Part shown: piece after piece, positions 1 through 12,238 of the stretch
Position numbering within the stretch: position 1 is the stretch's first letter
Layout: every line of letters begins with the position of its first letter
Origin: an uncultured Planctomycetota bacterium
GTDB lineage: Bacteria > Planctomycetota > Planctomycetia > Isosphaerales > Isosphaeraceae
Assembly (NCBI GenBank): GCA_963823665.1
Contig: CAWGMQ010000004.1
Coordinates: forward strand, 2,592,001 to 2,656,000
Direction: 5' to 3'
DNA: 64,000 bases
Position numbers and translations under genes: made by a program
Notes under the pieces: generated by a model
The model's database searches: none
What the model saw: only the letters and a program-made list of their open reading frames with translations
What the model was told of the DNA's origin: nothing

Positions 1-274
1 CGAATCATCACTGTCCGGGGCGAACGAGGTCGGCATTGACGCGGCTTCTCGAGCTGCAGGGCGCGCGCAGGTCATACCGATGGGATCCGTGGCACAAGGC
101 GTTACAGTCTATGTTTGCAGGGCTGTGACCCGTATACTTTAGGGGTCGAATCGGCAGGGCCTTGATCAACTCCGGCTGTGGTCTCTGGGCCTCGGCGACT
201 GGCTGTGGGTGAACACGGTCCCCGCGAAGGAACGAGCTGATCCGGCCCTGCGATCGCCCCGATTTCCAGGGCAA

Positions 275-303
275 TGTCACGATCGCGCTGGAAACGGACA
301 TCT
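275..303 (+). promoter_or_regulatory. Conserved bipartite motif (TGTCAC-N10-GAAACGGACATCT), putative ECF-type promoter of kinase 1
   Basis: Same motif with identical spacing occurs upstream of the paralogous kinase at 12239-12267 (minus strand) while surrounding sequence has diverged. Confidence 0.5.
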
Positions 304-398
304 CCCTGGAACGAGACCGTGAGCATCCGTGTCCGGGCCGGCCACGTGGACGGGCGGCTCTGGGGCAAGCGGCCGACGCGACTTGGTCCAAGGAGCCA

Positions 399-2522
399 AT
401 GACGATGAGCGAAGGACCCAGCCACAATGTCGCTGGCCTGGACATCGACTTGGCCCGTCAGATCGACGTCATATGCCGGCGGTTCGAGGCCGACTGGCGG
501 GACGGGCGGCAACCGCGGCTTGAGGACTATCTGGACGACGTGCCTAAAGACGTTCGCCCCTTGCTCCGGGCCGAGCTGGCGGCCCTGGAGCGCGAGCTGG
601 GCCAGTTGGCGGAGCCCATCCCGGGCCCGAGGGCCGGACCGACCACCCATCCCGAGCCCCCGGCCGCATCACCAGCCATCGCCGACGCGCCAACCGTAGC
701 TCCCGAGGCTGTGGGTACTTCGCCCCTCCCCGGTGTCGCGACGGCCGCCATTCACGAGGACGCCACCTTACCGCCGCGCCGTGACGGCGCGGTCGACCCG
801 GCCGGATCCCCCCACGACCTGCCCACCGCTGTCGGGCCCGACCAGACCGCGGCCACGGCATCCAGTCCGTCCGAACCCACCCACATCCGCTATTTCGGCG
901 ACTATGAGATCATCCGCGAGCTGGCCCGCGGCGGCATGGGCGTCGTGTTCGAGGCCCGGCAGATGAGCCTCAACCGCAAGGTTGCGCTCAAGATGATCCT
1001 CGCCGGCCAGCTTGCTCATGAGACTGACGTCAAGCGCTTCTACACCGAGGCCGAAGCGGCGGCCAATCTCGATCACCCGGGGATCGTCCCGATCTTTGAG
1101 GTCGGCCAGCACGACGATCAACACTACTTCTCGATGGGCTTCGTCGAGGGCCAGAGCCTGGCTCAGCGGTTGACCGAGGGGCCGCTGCCGCCCCGCGAGG
1201 CGGCTGCGCTGATGGCCGCCGTGGCCGAAGCGATCGACTATGCCCATCAGTGCGGCGTGATTCACCGCGACCTCAAGCCGGGCAACATCCTGCTGGACCA
1301 GAAAGGCAACCCGCGGGTCACCGACTTTGGGCTGGCGAAGAAGATTGAGCGGGACAGTGGTCTGACCGGCTCGGGCCAGATCATGGGCACGCCCAGCTAC
1401 ATGCCGCCGGAGCAGGCCGAGGGCCAGCGGGGAGCCGTCGGGCCAGCGGCCGATGTGTATGCCCTGGGAGCGACGCTGTACGCTCTGATCACAGGCCGGC
1501 CGCCCTTCCAGGCGGCCACCGCGATGGACACCGTGCTCCAGGTCTTGAGCGACGAACCCGTCCCACCGCGGCGGCTGAATGGGTCGATTCCGGGCGACCT
1601 GGAGACGATCTGTCTGAAATGCCTGGAGAAGGAACCGGGCCGACGCTACGCCAGCGCCGCGGCCCTGGCAGCCGACCTGCGCCGCTTCCTGGCCGGGGAG
1701 CCGATCGCGGCACGGCCGATTACGCGGCTGGAGCGCGTGGCCAAGTGGGCGAGGCGGAAGCCGACGCTGGCCGCCGCTTATACGCTCGCGCTGCTGGCAG
1801 TGCTGCTGGGCGGGCTCGGGGGTACGGCCGTGTGGCAGTGGCGGGAGGCTGAGTGGCAGCGGGAGAGATTCGAGCGGTTCGACTATGGGCGGACCATCCA
1901 GGTGGCCCACCAGGAGTGGCGGGAGAACAACGTCCCCGCCACCCTGGCCTTGCTCGAGAGCACCCGTGCCGACCTTCGTGGCTGGGAGTGGCGATACGTC
2001 CATCGACTCTGCCATTCGGAACTGGTCACCCTCAAGGGGCACACCGGTCCCGTCAGTTCGGCGTCGTTCAGCCCGGACGGCTCGCGGGTCGTGACCGCGA
2101 GTGGTGACCAGACGGCGAAGGTGTGGGACGCGCAGAGTGGTGCCGAGGTCCTCACACTCAAGGGGCACATCGGCTATGTCAGTTCGGCGTCGTTCAGCCC
2201 GGACGGCTCGCGGATCGTGACCGGGAGTTACGACAACACGGCAAAGGTGTGGGACGCGAAAAGTGGTGCCCAGGTCCTCACCTTCAAGGGGCACACCGGT
2301 CTCGTCTGGTCGGCGTCGTTCAGCCCCGACGGGTCGCGGATCGTGACCGGCGGGGACAGCACGGCGAAGGTGTGGGACCCGAAAAGTGGTGCCGAGGTCC
2401 TCACTCTCAAGGGGCATACCGGTTACGTCTTTTCGGCGTCGTTCAGCCCGGACGGCTCGAGGATCGTGACCGGGGGTCTCGACGGGACGGCGAAGGTCTG
2501 GGATGCGGGGCCAGTGGAGTAA
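399..2522 (+). CDS. Ser/Thr protein kinase with TM segment and 4 WD40 repeats
   Basis: GGMGVV, VALK, HRDLKPGN, DFG, GTPSYMPPE kinase motifs; hydrophobic segment LALLAVLLGGLGGTAVW; four GH...WD repeats at the C-terminus. Confidence 0.93.
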   Translation: MTMSEGPSHNVAGLDIDLARQIDVICRRFEADWRDGRQPRLEDYLDDVPKDVRPLLRAELAALERELGQLAEPIPGPRAGPTTHPEPPAASPAIADAPTVAPEAVGTSPLPGVATAAIHEDATLPPRRDGAVDPAGSPHDLPTAVGPDQTAATASSPSEPTHIRYFGDYEIIRELARGGMGVVFEARQMSLNRKVALKMILAGQLAHETDVKRFYTEAEAAANLDHPGIVPIFEVGQHDDQHYFSMGFVEGQSLAQRLTEGPLPPREAAALMAAVAEAIDYAHQCGVIHRDLKPGNILLDQKGNPRVTDFGLAKKIERDSGLTGSGQIMGTPSYMPPEQAEGQRGAVGPAADVYALGATLYALITGRPPFQAATAMDTVLQVLSDEPVPPRRLNGSIPGDLETICLKCLEKEPGRRYASAAALAADLRRFLAGEPIAARPITRLERVAKWARRKPTLAAAYTLALLAVLLGGLGGTAVWQWREAEWQRERFERFDYGRTIQVAHQEWRENNVPATLALLESTRADLRGWEWRYVHRLCHSELVTLKGHTGPVSSASFSPDGSRVVTASGDQTAKVWDAQSGAEVLTLKGHIGYVSSASFSPDGSRIVTGSYDNTAKVWDAKSGAQVLTFKGHTGLVWSASFSPDGSRIVTGGDSTAKVWDPKSGAEVLTLKGHTGYVFSASFSPDGSRIVTGGLDGTAKVWDAGPVE

Positions 2523-2531
2523 ACGCTGCCG

Positions 2532-3131
2532 GTGAGGCAAGGCGAGACGAAGATCGACCGGCAGAGCCAGAGTGCCATTAGTACCCGGCCCTTAAGGAAT
2601 TTGGGCTTTGAGGACGGGCTCAAGGGCTGGGAAACCGACGTCTACGCTGCTCGCCCGACGATCGACTTCGACCCGAGCGTTCTCAGGAAGGGCCGGCACT
2701 CGCTTCGCGTACCGGCTAGCCAGCTCGCACACACCGCATTCGGTCAGGAGGTCATGCTCAAGCCGGGGTATTCCTACCGTCTCGCTAGCTGGGCCCGGAC
2801 GCGGGGACTCCAGCCCCACGGCTCGCCAGTCTACGGGACGTTTCAGATTCAACACACGAAAGGGCATCACCTCTACCGTGCGCGACGAGCGCACTCCCTG
2901 ACCGCCAACGGGACCAATCACGGAGGAGACACCGAGTGGACCGAAGTTACGATCACGCTCAAGGAGCCCGCCACCGGATGGGCGCGCATCGTCACGTTCT
3001 TCATCGGTTTTTGCAAAGGCACCGGCACCGCCCGCTTCGATGATCTGAAACGGGCTCCTGCGCCAAGGCGGCATGGGGATGGTCTCGGGTTCCGGGGACA
3101 CCATAGGGGTTTCCGCGGACACCATTCGTAA
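2532..3131 (+). pseudogene. Carbohydrate-binding (CBM4/9-like) domain fragment
   Basis: RNLGFEDGLKGW...QEVMLKPGYSYRLASWART...EWTEVTIT...ARFDDLK pattern; no clear start, 3' end runs into repeats. Confidence 0.5.
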
Positions 3132-3216
3132 CTCGATCGGGACAACGGATTGGTTCCGGGGCACCGTACGTAACTCGATCGGGAAATCGGATTCCCGGGG
3201 GGCACCATACGTAATT
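3090..3216 (+). repeat. Four degenerate copies of a TTCCGGGGACACCATACGTAAC-like motif
   Basis: Copies at about 3090, 3111, 3154 and 3192; CGTAACTCGATCGGGA shared by two. Confidence 0.7.
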
Positions 3217-3319
3217 CCACTCAAAGTCAACGAAATGGCCAATGCCACCCCAATGCGACATCGGGCGTGCTACCAAGTCCGTTCAGCAAGTACCCCTCCA
3301 ATATTCGTCGTAAGTCCAG

Positions 3320-3387
3320 TACCGGCGGTGGGAATCGAACCCACACGGGGTTACCCCCAGAGGATTTTAAGTCCTCAGCGACTGCCA
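3320..3387 (-). pseudogene. 5'-truncated tRNA-Leu(UAA) remnant (att-like)
   Basis: Minus strand TGGCAGTCGCTGAGGACTTAAAATCCTCTGGGGGTAACCCCGTGTGGGTTCGATTCCCACCGCCGGTA: anticodon, long variable and T arms present; 5' acceptor strand and part of the D arm missing. Confidence 0.85.
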
Positions 3388-3505
3388 CGTGTGTGACGTT
3401 GGCGACACGTTGGAGTGACGCCGAAATCGCTTGTGCGATCAGGTTTTGCGTCAAGTGGCCATCCGGCGTGATGTCCGCAACACGTTGGCCTGACATGGCC
3501 AATGT

Positions 3506-3527
3506 TGTTGCCAAATTGTTGCCAAAT
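3506..3527. repeat. TGTTGCCAAAT x2 tandem repeat, integrase arm-site-like
   Basis: Perfect 11-bp direct repeat about 120 bp from the tRNA remnant. Confidence 0.55.
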
Positions 3528-3807
3528 CAGATCGCTACATATCCTTTTAACGCGCGGATTGGCTACAGACAAAATGCTTCCGCGTCGGACCGAAGCGCGC
3601 AGCGAGTAAAGCTGACTCGTGGGACCGAATCGGTCTAACGCCGATCCATTTATGCGCGCTTATCCAAACTCAGTAATCCGGCGAGAGGTAGGCCGGGGTC
3701 CGTGTCGCGCCCGCGTGCTCGCGGGCGTCGCCTGGCCGGGTCGGCGGCCCGCAGGACCGACACCCTTGCCAGAGCCCAGCGTTGGCAGCCCCAACCGAGT
3801 CGGATGA

Positions 3808-6800
3808 CTACGCTGTCTCGTCCCGTTGAATCCCGGTACGTGCGAACTCGGACCTGGTCAATTTGGGCGCACGGATGGTCCTGGACTGGAAGTCGGGATC
3901 GCCGCTGTAGACAATCGTCAGCGGCTTGTTCAGCACCCGGTTCGGATTGAATCTCAACGCGGCCTCGCCGCCACTCAACTCCGCGGTCCCGAGCGTCTTC
4001 ACCTGGGTCTTCTTGCCGTGCTTCCTGACCAGCTCGAACGCCACCTGGCCGCTCGGCACGCTCCCGCCGGGGGCCATAGGCTTGATCTCAGCGGTCAGCT
4101 CGATCCCCTTCAGCTTCTTCTTCCCGTTCACGATCGGGTGCGCCACCAGCACGATCGCCGTGGTCGCCTGGCTGACCGTCTCGGTGGTCGTGCTCGACGA
4201 CGTGTCCGCGAAGTCCGCCGCGCCATTGTACCTGGCGGTGATCGCATGCGAACCCGGGGCCAGGCTGGTGACGCTCAGCATGGCCTGGCCGGAACCGTTG
4301 AGCGCGACGGTGACCAGCGCAGTAGCCCCGTCGAAGAACGTGACCGTCCCGCCGGGTGTCCCGGCAGACGAGACTCACCGTCGCGACGAAGCTAACGGCC
4401 TGCTCGTACACGGGTGAGCTGCTCGAAGATTCCAGCTTGATCATCCCGGCGGCCGGCGCGATCACGAAGGAGCGAGGCTGCGACTGAGCTGGGGTGTAAT
4501 CAGCGCTGCCGGGGAACAGAGCCACGGCGGTGTACATCCCGGCGGCGGAAGGCGCCGTCGAGCCCAGGACCGTGCCCGAGGTGCTCGTTCCGGCGTAATA
4601 CGTCAGGGTCGGCGTGACACCTTCCAGGCTCCCGGCCGCCGTGCCGCTGGCGCCGGTCACCGTCGCCCGGGCCGCGATCGGCGAGCGGGTGTAGGCCCCG
4701 CCTGGAGCGCTGATGCTCAAGGTAGGCGCTGCCTGCGTGATGCTCAGGGAACTGCCGGCGAACTGGATGGTGTAATTGCTGTTGGCCGTCAGAGTTCCCG
4801 GGGTGATCGCATAGGGACTGCCTGAGACCGTCTCGCCGGCCGCCCGCGCGAGATGTCCAGTGAGGATCGTCGTCGCCGTGTCGTCGATCGTCACGCCGTC
4901 AACCGTCGTGTTGATGAAGCCGGTCGCCGTGTAGCCGAGCGCTGGGTCGGCGGTACCGTACACCTTGGTTTGAGGATTGGCGGTAACCGCCAAGGCGGCG
5001 GGTGTGATGGTCAAGGTAGCGCCAGTGAACCCGATCGTGTAGTTGCTGTCGGCCGCGAGCGTCCCCTGGCTGATCGCGTAGCCGCCGGCGTGTTCGCCGG
5101 CCTGGGTGCCCGCGTCCGCACGGGCGAGCGCACCGGTCAGGACCGTCGCGGCGGTGTCAGAGAACTCGAAGCCGCTGACGGTGTATGCCAGCGCCGGGTC
5201 GGCGGTGCCGTAGACCTTGGTCTGGGGGCCGGCCGTAATGGTGAGGGTCGCTGGCGTGATCGTCAGGCTGCTCGACTTGCCGCCCACGGTGAAAGTCCCG
5301 TCGCTGGCGTAAGCATAGGTGACTTCGTAGGGCGAGCCGGTGGCGCTCAGGCGGTCGGCATTGAAGGTGGTGGAGAAGGCGCCACCGGATCCGACGGTGG
5401 CCGACTGCTCCACGCCGCCCAAGGTCACGGCGACGGTCTCGCCCACCGGGGCTTGCGAGCCGCTGGCGAGCGCACCGGAAACGGTCACGCTGGGGGCGCC
5501 GTACGTGATGCTCCGATTGCTGATTCCGGAGAAGGTCAGAAGGATGAGTGGGGAACCCTGGGTCTGGAAGGCGCCGATGTCGGGGAGTGAGTCGAGGGGA
5601 AGGCCGCGCTGGTCGGTCGTCAGGCCGGCGACGGCCGTGCCGGCACCAATGGCGTGGCTGCCGGAGAGCAGGCCCATGGTCTGGGTCGGCCCGCCGTTTT
5701 CGGCCAACGGTCCGAGGTCGAGGTCGTCGAGGCTGGTCAGGGCGATGTTGCCGTCGGTGCCCCCGGCGATCCCCCCCGAGCCGCCGATGCCGATCAGGTC
5801 ATACGTGCCGGTCACTTTGCCGGCGACGTCGGCGGCGCCCTGGCCGCCGGTGTTGCCGGCGACGATCGTATCGGTCAGGGTCGTGGAGGAGTACGCCTCG
5901 CCATACAAGCCGCCGCCGGCGTTGGCCGAGTTGCCGCTGATCGTGCAGGCGGTCAGGGTCGCCGTACCGCCAGCGTGCCCGTAATAACCGATGTAGCCGT
6001 TGTTGTTAAGCCCGCCGCCGCCGGCGGCGGTGTTGCCGCTGATCGTGCAGCCGGTGAGCGCGATGGCCCCCGTGATGCCGTTGTACACCCCGCCACCGAG
6101 GACGGCGGCCTCGTTGCCGCTGAACGTGCAGTCGTCGAGCGTGGCCGTGCCGCCGTTGCAGATCCCTCCCCCATTGGCGGCCACGTCGGCGCGGGGCGGG
6201 CGCTCGCTGATCGACATCGTCGCCGCGTTAAACATTCCCGCATTGGTGGCGGTGTTGCCGCTCACCGTGCAATCGCTGAGCGTCATCGTCGCGCCGTAAG
6301 CATTGTACACCCCACCACCGTAGTTGGCGGCGGAGTCGTCGCTGAGCGTGCAGCCATCAAGCGTGGCCGTGCCGGCGTTGAACACGCCACCCCCAGACAT
6401 GGCGCTGTCACCGCTGATCGTACAGCCGGTGAGCGTGACGGTGCCGGCGTTGTACAGCCCGCCGCCGTAGTAGGACGCCGAGCCATTCACGAGCGTGAGG
6501 CCCGAGATCGTCGCCGTGACACCCGTGTCCACCGCCAGGTCGGTGAAGGCGCGCGCGCCCCGGATCGTCAGCGACCCGGCGCCGGGCCCGTCGATCGACT
6601 CCGGGCCGACCGTCTCCGAGAGCGTCAAGGTTGACCCCAGCGTGATCGTCTGCGGCGTCGAGAAGATCGAAGGATCGAACTGGATCGTGATCCCGCCGGT
6701 GCTCGTATCGGCGTCGGCGTCGGCGAGGTAAATGACGTAGGGGAGCGTGCCCGAGGTCCCCGCGCCGGCCAGCCCGCCGCCGGCCGAGTCGACGGTGTAG

Positions 6801-8287
6801 GTTGTAACCGGGCTCGAGGCCAGGTTGGTCAGGTTGAACGTGGCCGATGGGCTTGGCCCGACCGTCGCGTTGACGGTGTACGAGCCGGCGATCGAGTTGT
6901 CGGCGGCGAGGACCGAGGCCGAGTCGTCAGCACCAATGGCCGCCGCGTTGGTGCTCACGCGCGCCGAGGCGCCCGAGGACGGGGCGGCGAAGTCCACGAC
7001 GCCGCCGGCGACCGGCTCCACAGGGTTATCGGCCGTGACCACGACGGCCAGCGGGTCGGCAAACGCGATCCCGTCGGTGGTTTGTTGCGGGGTGCTGCCG
7101 TCGGCCGGCGTGATCGTGAAGCCCTGACTCTGAAAGGCGCCGATATCGGGGGCCGAGTCGAGCGGCTCGCCGCGCTCGTCGGAAGCAACGCCGGCGACAG
7201 CGGTCCCGGCGCCCAGCGCGGGGCTGCCGGGGAGCACGGCGATCGTCTGGGTGGCGCCGCCGTAATCGCCCAGGGGAGCGAGGCCCACGAAGGTGGGGCC
7301 GTTCACGAAGATGTTGCCGTCACTGCCGCCGGCTAGCCCCGCCGCCCCACCGGAGCCGATCAGGTTGTTGGTGCCGGTCACGGTGCCCGAAACTTCGCTG
7401 GGGGAGACGCCGTTGCTGAGGGTGTTACCGACGACGATCGTATCGATCAGCGTCGTCGGTTTGCCCGGCTCGCCAGAGAGGCCGCCGCCGCCGTCACCGG
7501 TCGTGTTGCCGCTGATCGTGCAGGCGGTCAGCGTCGCCGTACCGCTGGTGTAGATCCCGCCTCCGTTGCTGTCGCATTTGTTGCCGCTGACAGTGCAGTC
7601 GGTCATCATCAGCGTCGCTTGCTGGCTGTTATACACCCCGCCGCCGTTGTAGCCCGAATTGCCGACGAGAGTGCACCCATCGAGCGTGGCCGTACCCGCA
7701 TTGCATACGCCGCCGCCAGAGCTGGAGGTGTTGCCGCTGATCGTGCAGCCGGTGAGGGTGACCGTGCCGGAGTTGTCCAGCCCGCCGCCGCCCCCCACGA
7801 TCGTCCCGCCGGAGATCGACCCGCCGGAGGACATCCCGCCGGAGATCGTCATGCCGGAGATCGTCGCCGCGACGCCGGCGGCCACGTCCAGGTCAGTGAC
7901 GGCGCCCCCGCCGCTGAGCGTCAACAGGCCGGCGCCGGGACCGGCGATCGACTCCGGGCCGGCCGTCTCCGACAGCGTCAGCGTCGCGCCCAGGGTGATC
8001 GTCCGCCGCGACGTGAAGACCGAAGGGGCGAATTCGATCTCGCTGCCGCCGGTGTTGGTATTGACGTTGGCCTGCGCGACGACGTACGGGAGTGTGCCCG
8101 ACGTGCCCGAGCCCGAAGCGCCGCTGCCCGTGGAATCAACCGTGAAGATCGTTGGCGAGAGCAGTACTCGCGGTTCCAGCGACTCGAGCGCGGGCTGACG
8201 CGTCGCCGCCCGTCGTCTCGGCCCGGCCGCTGCCCCCGCGGCCCGTTGGATGAAGATCGCCTTCGCGTTGTTTCCGGGTCGGTCCAC
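3808..8287 (-). CDS. Large extracellular adhesin-like protein (planctomycete extracellular motif, two beta-helix/choice-of-anchor-Q-like modules, MBG and Ig-like domains); frameshift near 4375
   Basis: LESLEPRVLLS; GGG.YN.GT.TL..CT.SGN repeats; DIGAFQ x2; TITPA.L..TA.PQTKVYGTADPAL (MBG-like); Ig-like C-terminus continues in ORF 3808-4281; GTG at 8287 with GAGGTG RBS. Confidence 0.85.
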
Positions 8288-8328
8288 GATCCACCTCAAT
8301 TTCTTGGGTTCAACTCGGCCCCCGCCCA

Positions 8329-11300
8329 TCAATGCCCCGTTTCAACGGCCTGAATACACCAGGCGAGGTAGGTCGCCTCTCCGGGGTCCTTGCTCTGTTC
8401 CAGGGCGATCTCGAATTCCCGCCGGGCCTCGCCATACCGATTCAGGTTCCAGTAGCAGCGGGCGAGTGTCAGCGGGGGCGACCGCGACACCTCGTTCGCG
8501 GGCGCGGCCAAGGAGCTCGACCGCCCAGTGATCGATCCCGCGGAAGGCGTACCATTCTCCGAGAGTTGCCAGAGCGGCAGGGTCGCCGGCGGCCTCCTTG
8601 CAGCCTGGCCTGCGCTGCGGCCACCCGAGGCTCGAAGGCTCGCTGGGCGACGCCGCGGGTGAAGTCCCAGAGCTTGAGCGTCTTGTCCCCGCTCCCCGAG
8701 AGTACGGTTCGGCCGTCCGGGGCGATGGCGACGCTGCTCACGCCACCGGAGTGCCCGGTGAAGGTGCGCAGCTCTTTTCCGCTGGCCAGGTCCCAGAGCT
8801 TCAGCGTCTTGTCTGCACTCCCCGAGAGCGCAGTTCGGCCGTCCGGGGCAATGGCGACGCTCGTCACGCTACTCGGAGTGCCCGGTGAAGGTGCGCAGCT
8901 CTTTTCCGCTGGCCAGGTCCCAGAGCTTCAGCGTACTGTCGCTACACCCCGAGAGCGCTGTTCGGCCGTCCGGGGCAATGGCGACGCTGCTCATCCGTCA
9001 TCAGAGCGCCCGGTGAACGTGCGCAGCTCTTTTCCGCTGGCCAGGTCCCAGAGCTTCAGCGTCTTGTCATGACTCCTCGAGAGCGCAGTTCGGCCGTCCG
9101 GGGCGATGGCGACGCTGTACACACTACCGGAGTGCCCGGTGAAGTTGCGCAGCTCTTTTCCGCTCGTCAGGTCCCAGAGCTTCAGCGTGTTGTCCGCACC
9201 CCCAGAGAGCACGGTTCGGCCGTCCGGGGCGATGGCGACGCTGCTCACGCCACTCGAGTGCCCGGTGAAGGTGCGCAGCTCTTTTCCGCTGGCCAGGTCC
9301 CAGAGCTTCAGCTCATTGTCACGACTCCTCGAGAGCGCGGTACGGCCGTCCGGGGCGATGGCGACGCTGATCACGTAACCAGAGTGCCCGGTGAAGGTGC
9401 GCAGCTCTTTTCCACTGGCCAGGTCCCAGAGCTTCAGCGTCTTGTCATAGCTCCCCGAGAGCGCAGTTCGGCCGTCCGGGGCAATGGCGACGCTGAACAC
9501 ACTACCGGAGTGCCCGGTGAACGTGCGCGGTTCCTGTCCGCTGGCCAGGTCCCAGAGCTTCAGTGTCTCGTCAAAGCTCCCCGAGAGTGCAGTTCGGCCG
9601 TCCGGGGCAATGGCGACGCTGGTCACCCGATCGGAGTGCCCGTTGAAGAAGCGCGCAGCTCTTTTCCGCTGGCCAGGTCCCAGAGCTTCAGCCGCCCGTC
9701 TGCACTCCCCGAGAGCGCAGTTCGGCCGTCCGGGGCAAAGGCGATGCTCCAACACGATCTCCGAGTGCCCGGTGAAGGTGCGCAGCTCTTTTCCGCTGGC
9801 CAGGTCCCAGAGCTTTAGCGTCCTGTCCCTACCCGACGAGAGCGCGGTTCGGCCGTCCGGGGCAATCGCGACTCTGCTCACACCATCGTGCCCGGTGAAG
9901 GTGCGCAGCTCTTTTCCGCTGGCCAGGTCCCACAGCTTCAGCGTCATCCCGCCTGCCGAGAGCGCGGTTCGGCCGTCCGGGGCAATGGCGACGCTGATCA
10001 CCGGACCGGAGTGCCCGGTGAAGGTGCGCAGCTCTTTTCCGCTCGCCAGGTCCCAGAGCTTCAGCGTCTTGTCAAAACTCCCCGAGAGCGCGGTTCGGCC
10101 GTCCGGGGCAATGGCGACGCTCATCACGTCCTCGGAGTGCCCGGAGAAGGTGCGCAGCTCTTTTCCGCTGGCCAGGTCCCAGAGCTTCAGCGTCTTGTCA
10201 TGACTCCCCGACCCCGAGAGCGCGGTTCGGCCGTCCGGGGCGATGGCGACGCACCACACGTAACCATTGTGCCTGGTGAAGGTGCGCAGGACCTCTCCGC
10301 TCGCCAGGTCCCACAGCTTCATCGTCATGTCCTGGCTCCCCGAAAGCGCGGTTCGGCCGTCGGGGCAAATGGCGACGCAGTCCACCGCACCCTCGTGCCC
10401 GGTGAAACTAAGCAATGGAAAGACCATTTGTTGGTACGAGCTCCAAAGACCGAGCTCGGCAGCGGTCAGGGGCACTTTCAACTCAGCGAGTTTATCGTAC
10501 GCTTCCGTGTAGAGCGGATGTGCCTCGACCGGCCGGCCGGCGAGGCTGAGCGCATCGGCCTGCGAAATGAGACCCTCGGCCAATCTCAGTTCGGCCCTCC
10601 TTGCGTTCTCATCCGCTTTGCTCGCGTTCTCATCTGCTCTCTTTGCGTTCTCAACCGCCAAATCCTTCTGCGTGTCCGCGAGCTTCTTTTGCGCCAGGGT
10701 CTCGATCTCCGCCTGCACCGCGTGGCGCCATTGCCAGAGCACGCCGCCGAGCCCGGCCGCCGTCACCACGGCGACCAGTGCCAGAAGTGCGGCGATGGCC
10801 GGTCTTCGACGTGCCCACTTGACCACTCGCTCGACCCTCGCCACCGGTCGCGCCACAATTGGCGCGCCCGCCAGGTACCGGCGCAGGTCGTCGGCCAGCG
10901 CGGCCGCCGTCGGATAGCGCTTCCCCGAGTCCTTCTCCAGACACTTGAGGCAGATCGTCTCCAGATCGCTTGGAATCGACGCATTGAGCCGCCGCGGTGG
11001 CACCGGCACTTCGTTGATGACCTGGATCAACGTGTCCATCGGCGTGGCCGCCTGAAACGGCGGCCGGCCGGTCAGCAGGGCATAGAGCGTCGCCCCCAGG
11101 GCATACACATCGGCCGCCGGCCCGATGTCGCCACGGCTCCCACCTGCCTGCTCCGGCGGCATGTAGCTGGGCGTCCCCAAGATTTGACCCGAGCCGGTCA
11201 GCCCACTATCGCTCCGTACCATCTTGGCCAGGCCGAAATCCGTGACGCGGGGATTGCTGTTCTGATCGAGCAGGATATTCCCCGGCTTGAGGTCGCGGTG

Positions 11301-12150
11301 GATCACGCCTCGACGGTGGGCATACTCGATGGCGTCGGCGACCTTTGCCAGGAGCGCAGCCGCTTCGCGCGGCGGCAGCGGGCCCGACGCCAGCCGCTGC
11401 GCCAGACTTTGCCCCTCGACGAACCCCATCGACGAGTAGTGCTGGCCTTCGTGCTGGCCGACCTCGAAAATCGGCACAATTCCCGGATGGTCGAGGTTGG
11501 CCGCCGCCTCGGCCTCGGTATAGAATCGCTTGACATCGGTGTCGCCGGCGAGTTGACCGGCCAGGATCATCTTGAGCGCAACCGGCCGATTGAGGCTCAT
11601 CTGCCTCGCTTGGAATACGACACCCATGCCCCCGCGCGCGATCTCCCGAACGATCTCATAGTCGCCGAAGTATCGGATGCGATTGGGTTCAGAGGCGGTT
11701 GGTGCGGCCAACGTATCTTGTCGGTACACCCCGGAGGTGGGCTGATCGTAAGGAGGCCCAGGCTGGTCGAGGGGCGATATTGTGGAAGTCTCGTGAACCG
11801 ACGACGACGGCGCCGCGCCCAGGATTGCGGTCGTTGAGGGTGGTCGAGGGGCGCTGGTCGGTGCCTGGGCGATCGTGGAGGGATTGTGTACCGTCCCGGG
11901 CTGGGCATCCGCCAGAGCAGCAACGTCTGGGCATACAAGCGTCTTCTCCGACTGGCGCAGCTCGCGCTCCAGGGCCTCCAATTCGGCGCAGAGGGGGTCG
12001 GCCCTCGTGTGAGAAGTCGACCAGATAGTCCTCGATGTGTGGTCGGCTCCCCTCTCGCCAGTTGGCCTCGAATCGCCGGCAGACCTGATCAATGCGCCGA
12101 GCCATTTCGGTGTCCTGGCCGTCGAGGTTGTGGCTGGGCCGGTCGCTCAT
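8329..12150 (-). CDS. Ser/Thr kinase with TM segment, about 14 WD40 repeats and C-terminal TPR-like helix; several frameshifts
   Basis: N-terminus MSDRPSHNLDG (ORF 11689-12150) paralogous to kinase 1; kinase motifs and WD40 in ORF 8991-12092; further WD40 in 8469-8867; LARCYWNLNRYGEARREF in 8329-8511. Confidence 0.88.
8650..10410 (-). repeat. About 14 near-identical ~126-bp WD40-coding tandem units
   Basis: GTGCGCAGCTCTTTTCCGCTGGCCAGGTCCCAGAGCTTCAGC and TTCGGCCGTCCGGGGC recur about every 126 bp. Confidence 0.92.
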
Positions 12151-12238
12151 CTCGATTGGTCCTTGGTTCGAGGTCCATCGACTGTTCCCCGCCTGAACCG
12201 GCCCGCCCCGACCAAACGAGAGAGAATCACTTCGAGGA

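Noticed and set aside
768..2540. Long antisense ORFs (also 9888-11837, 23176-24666, 56450-58210)
   Set aside because: Shadow frames of high-GC genes with no recognisable motifs
8650..10410. Diversity-generating retroelement acting on the WD40 repeats
   Set aside because: No reverse transcriptase or separate template repeat seen in the window
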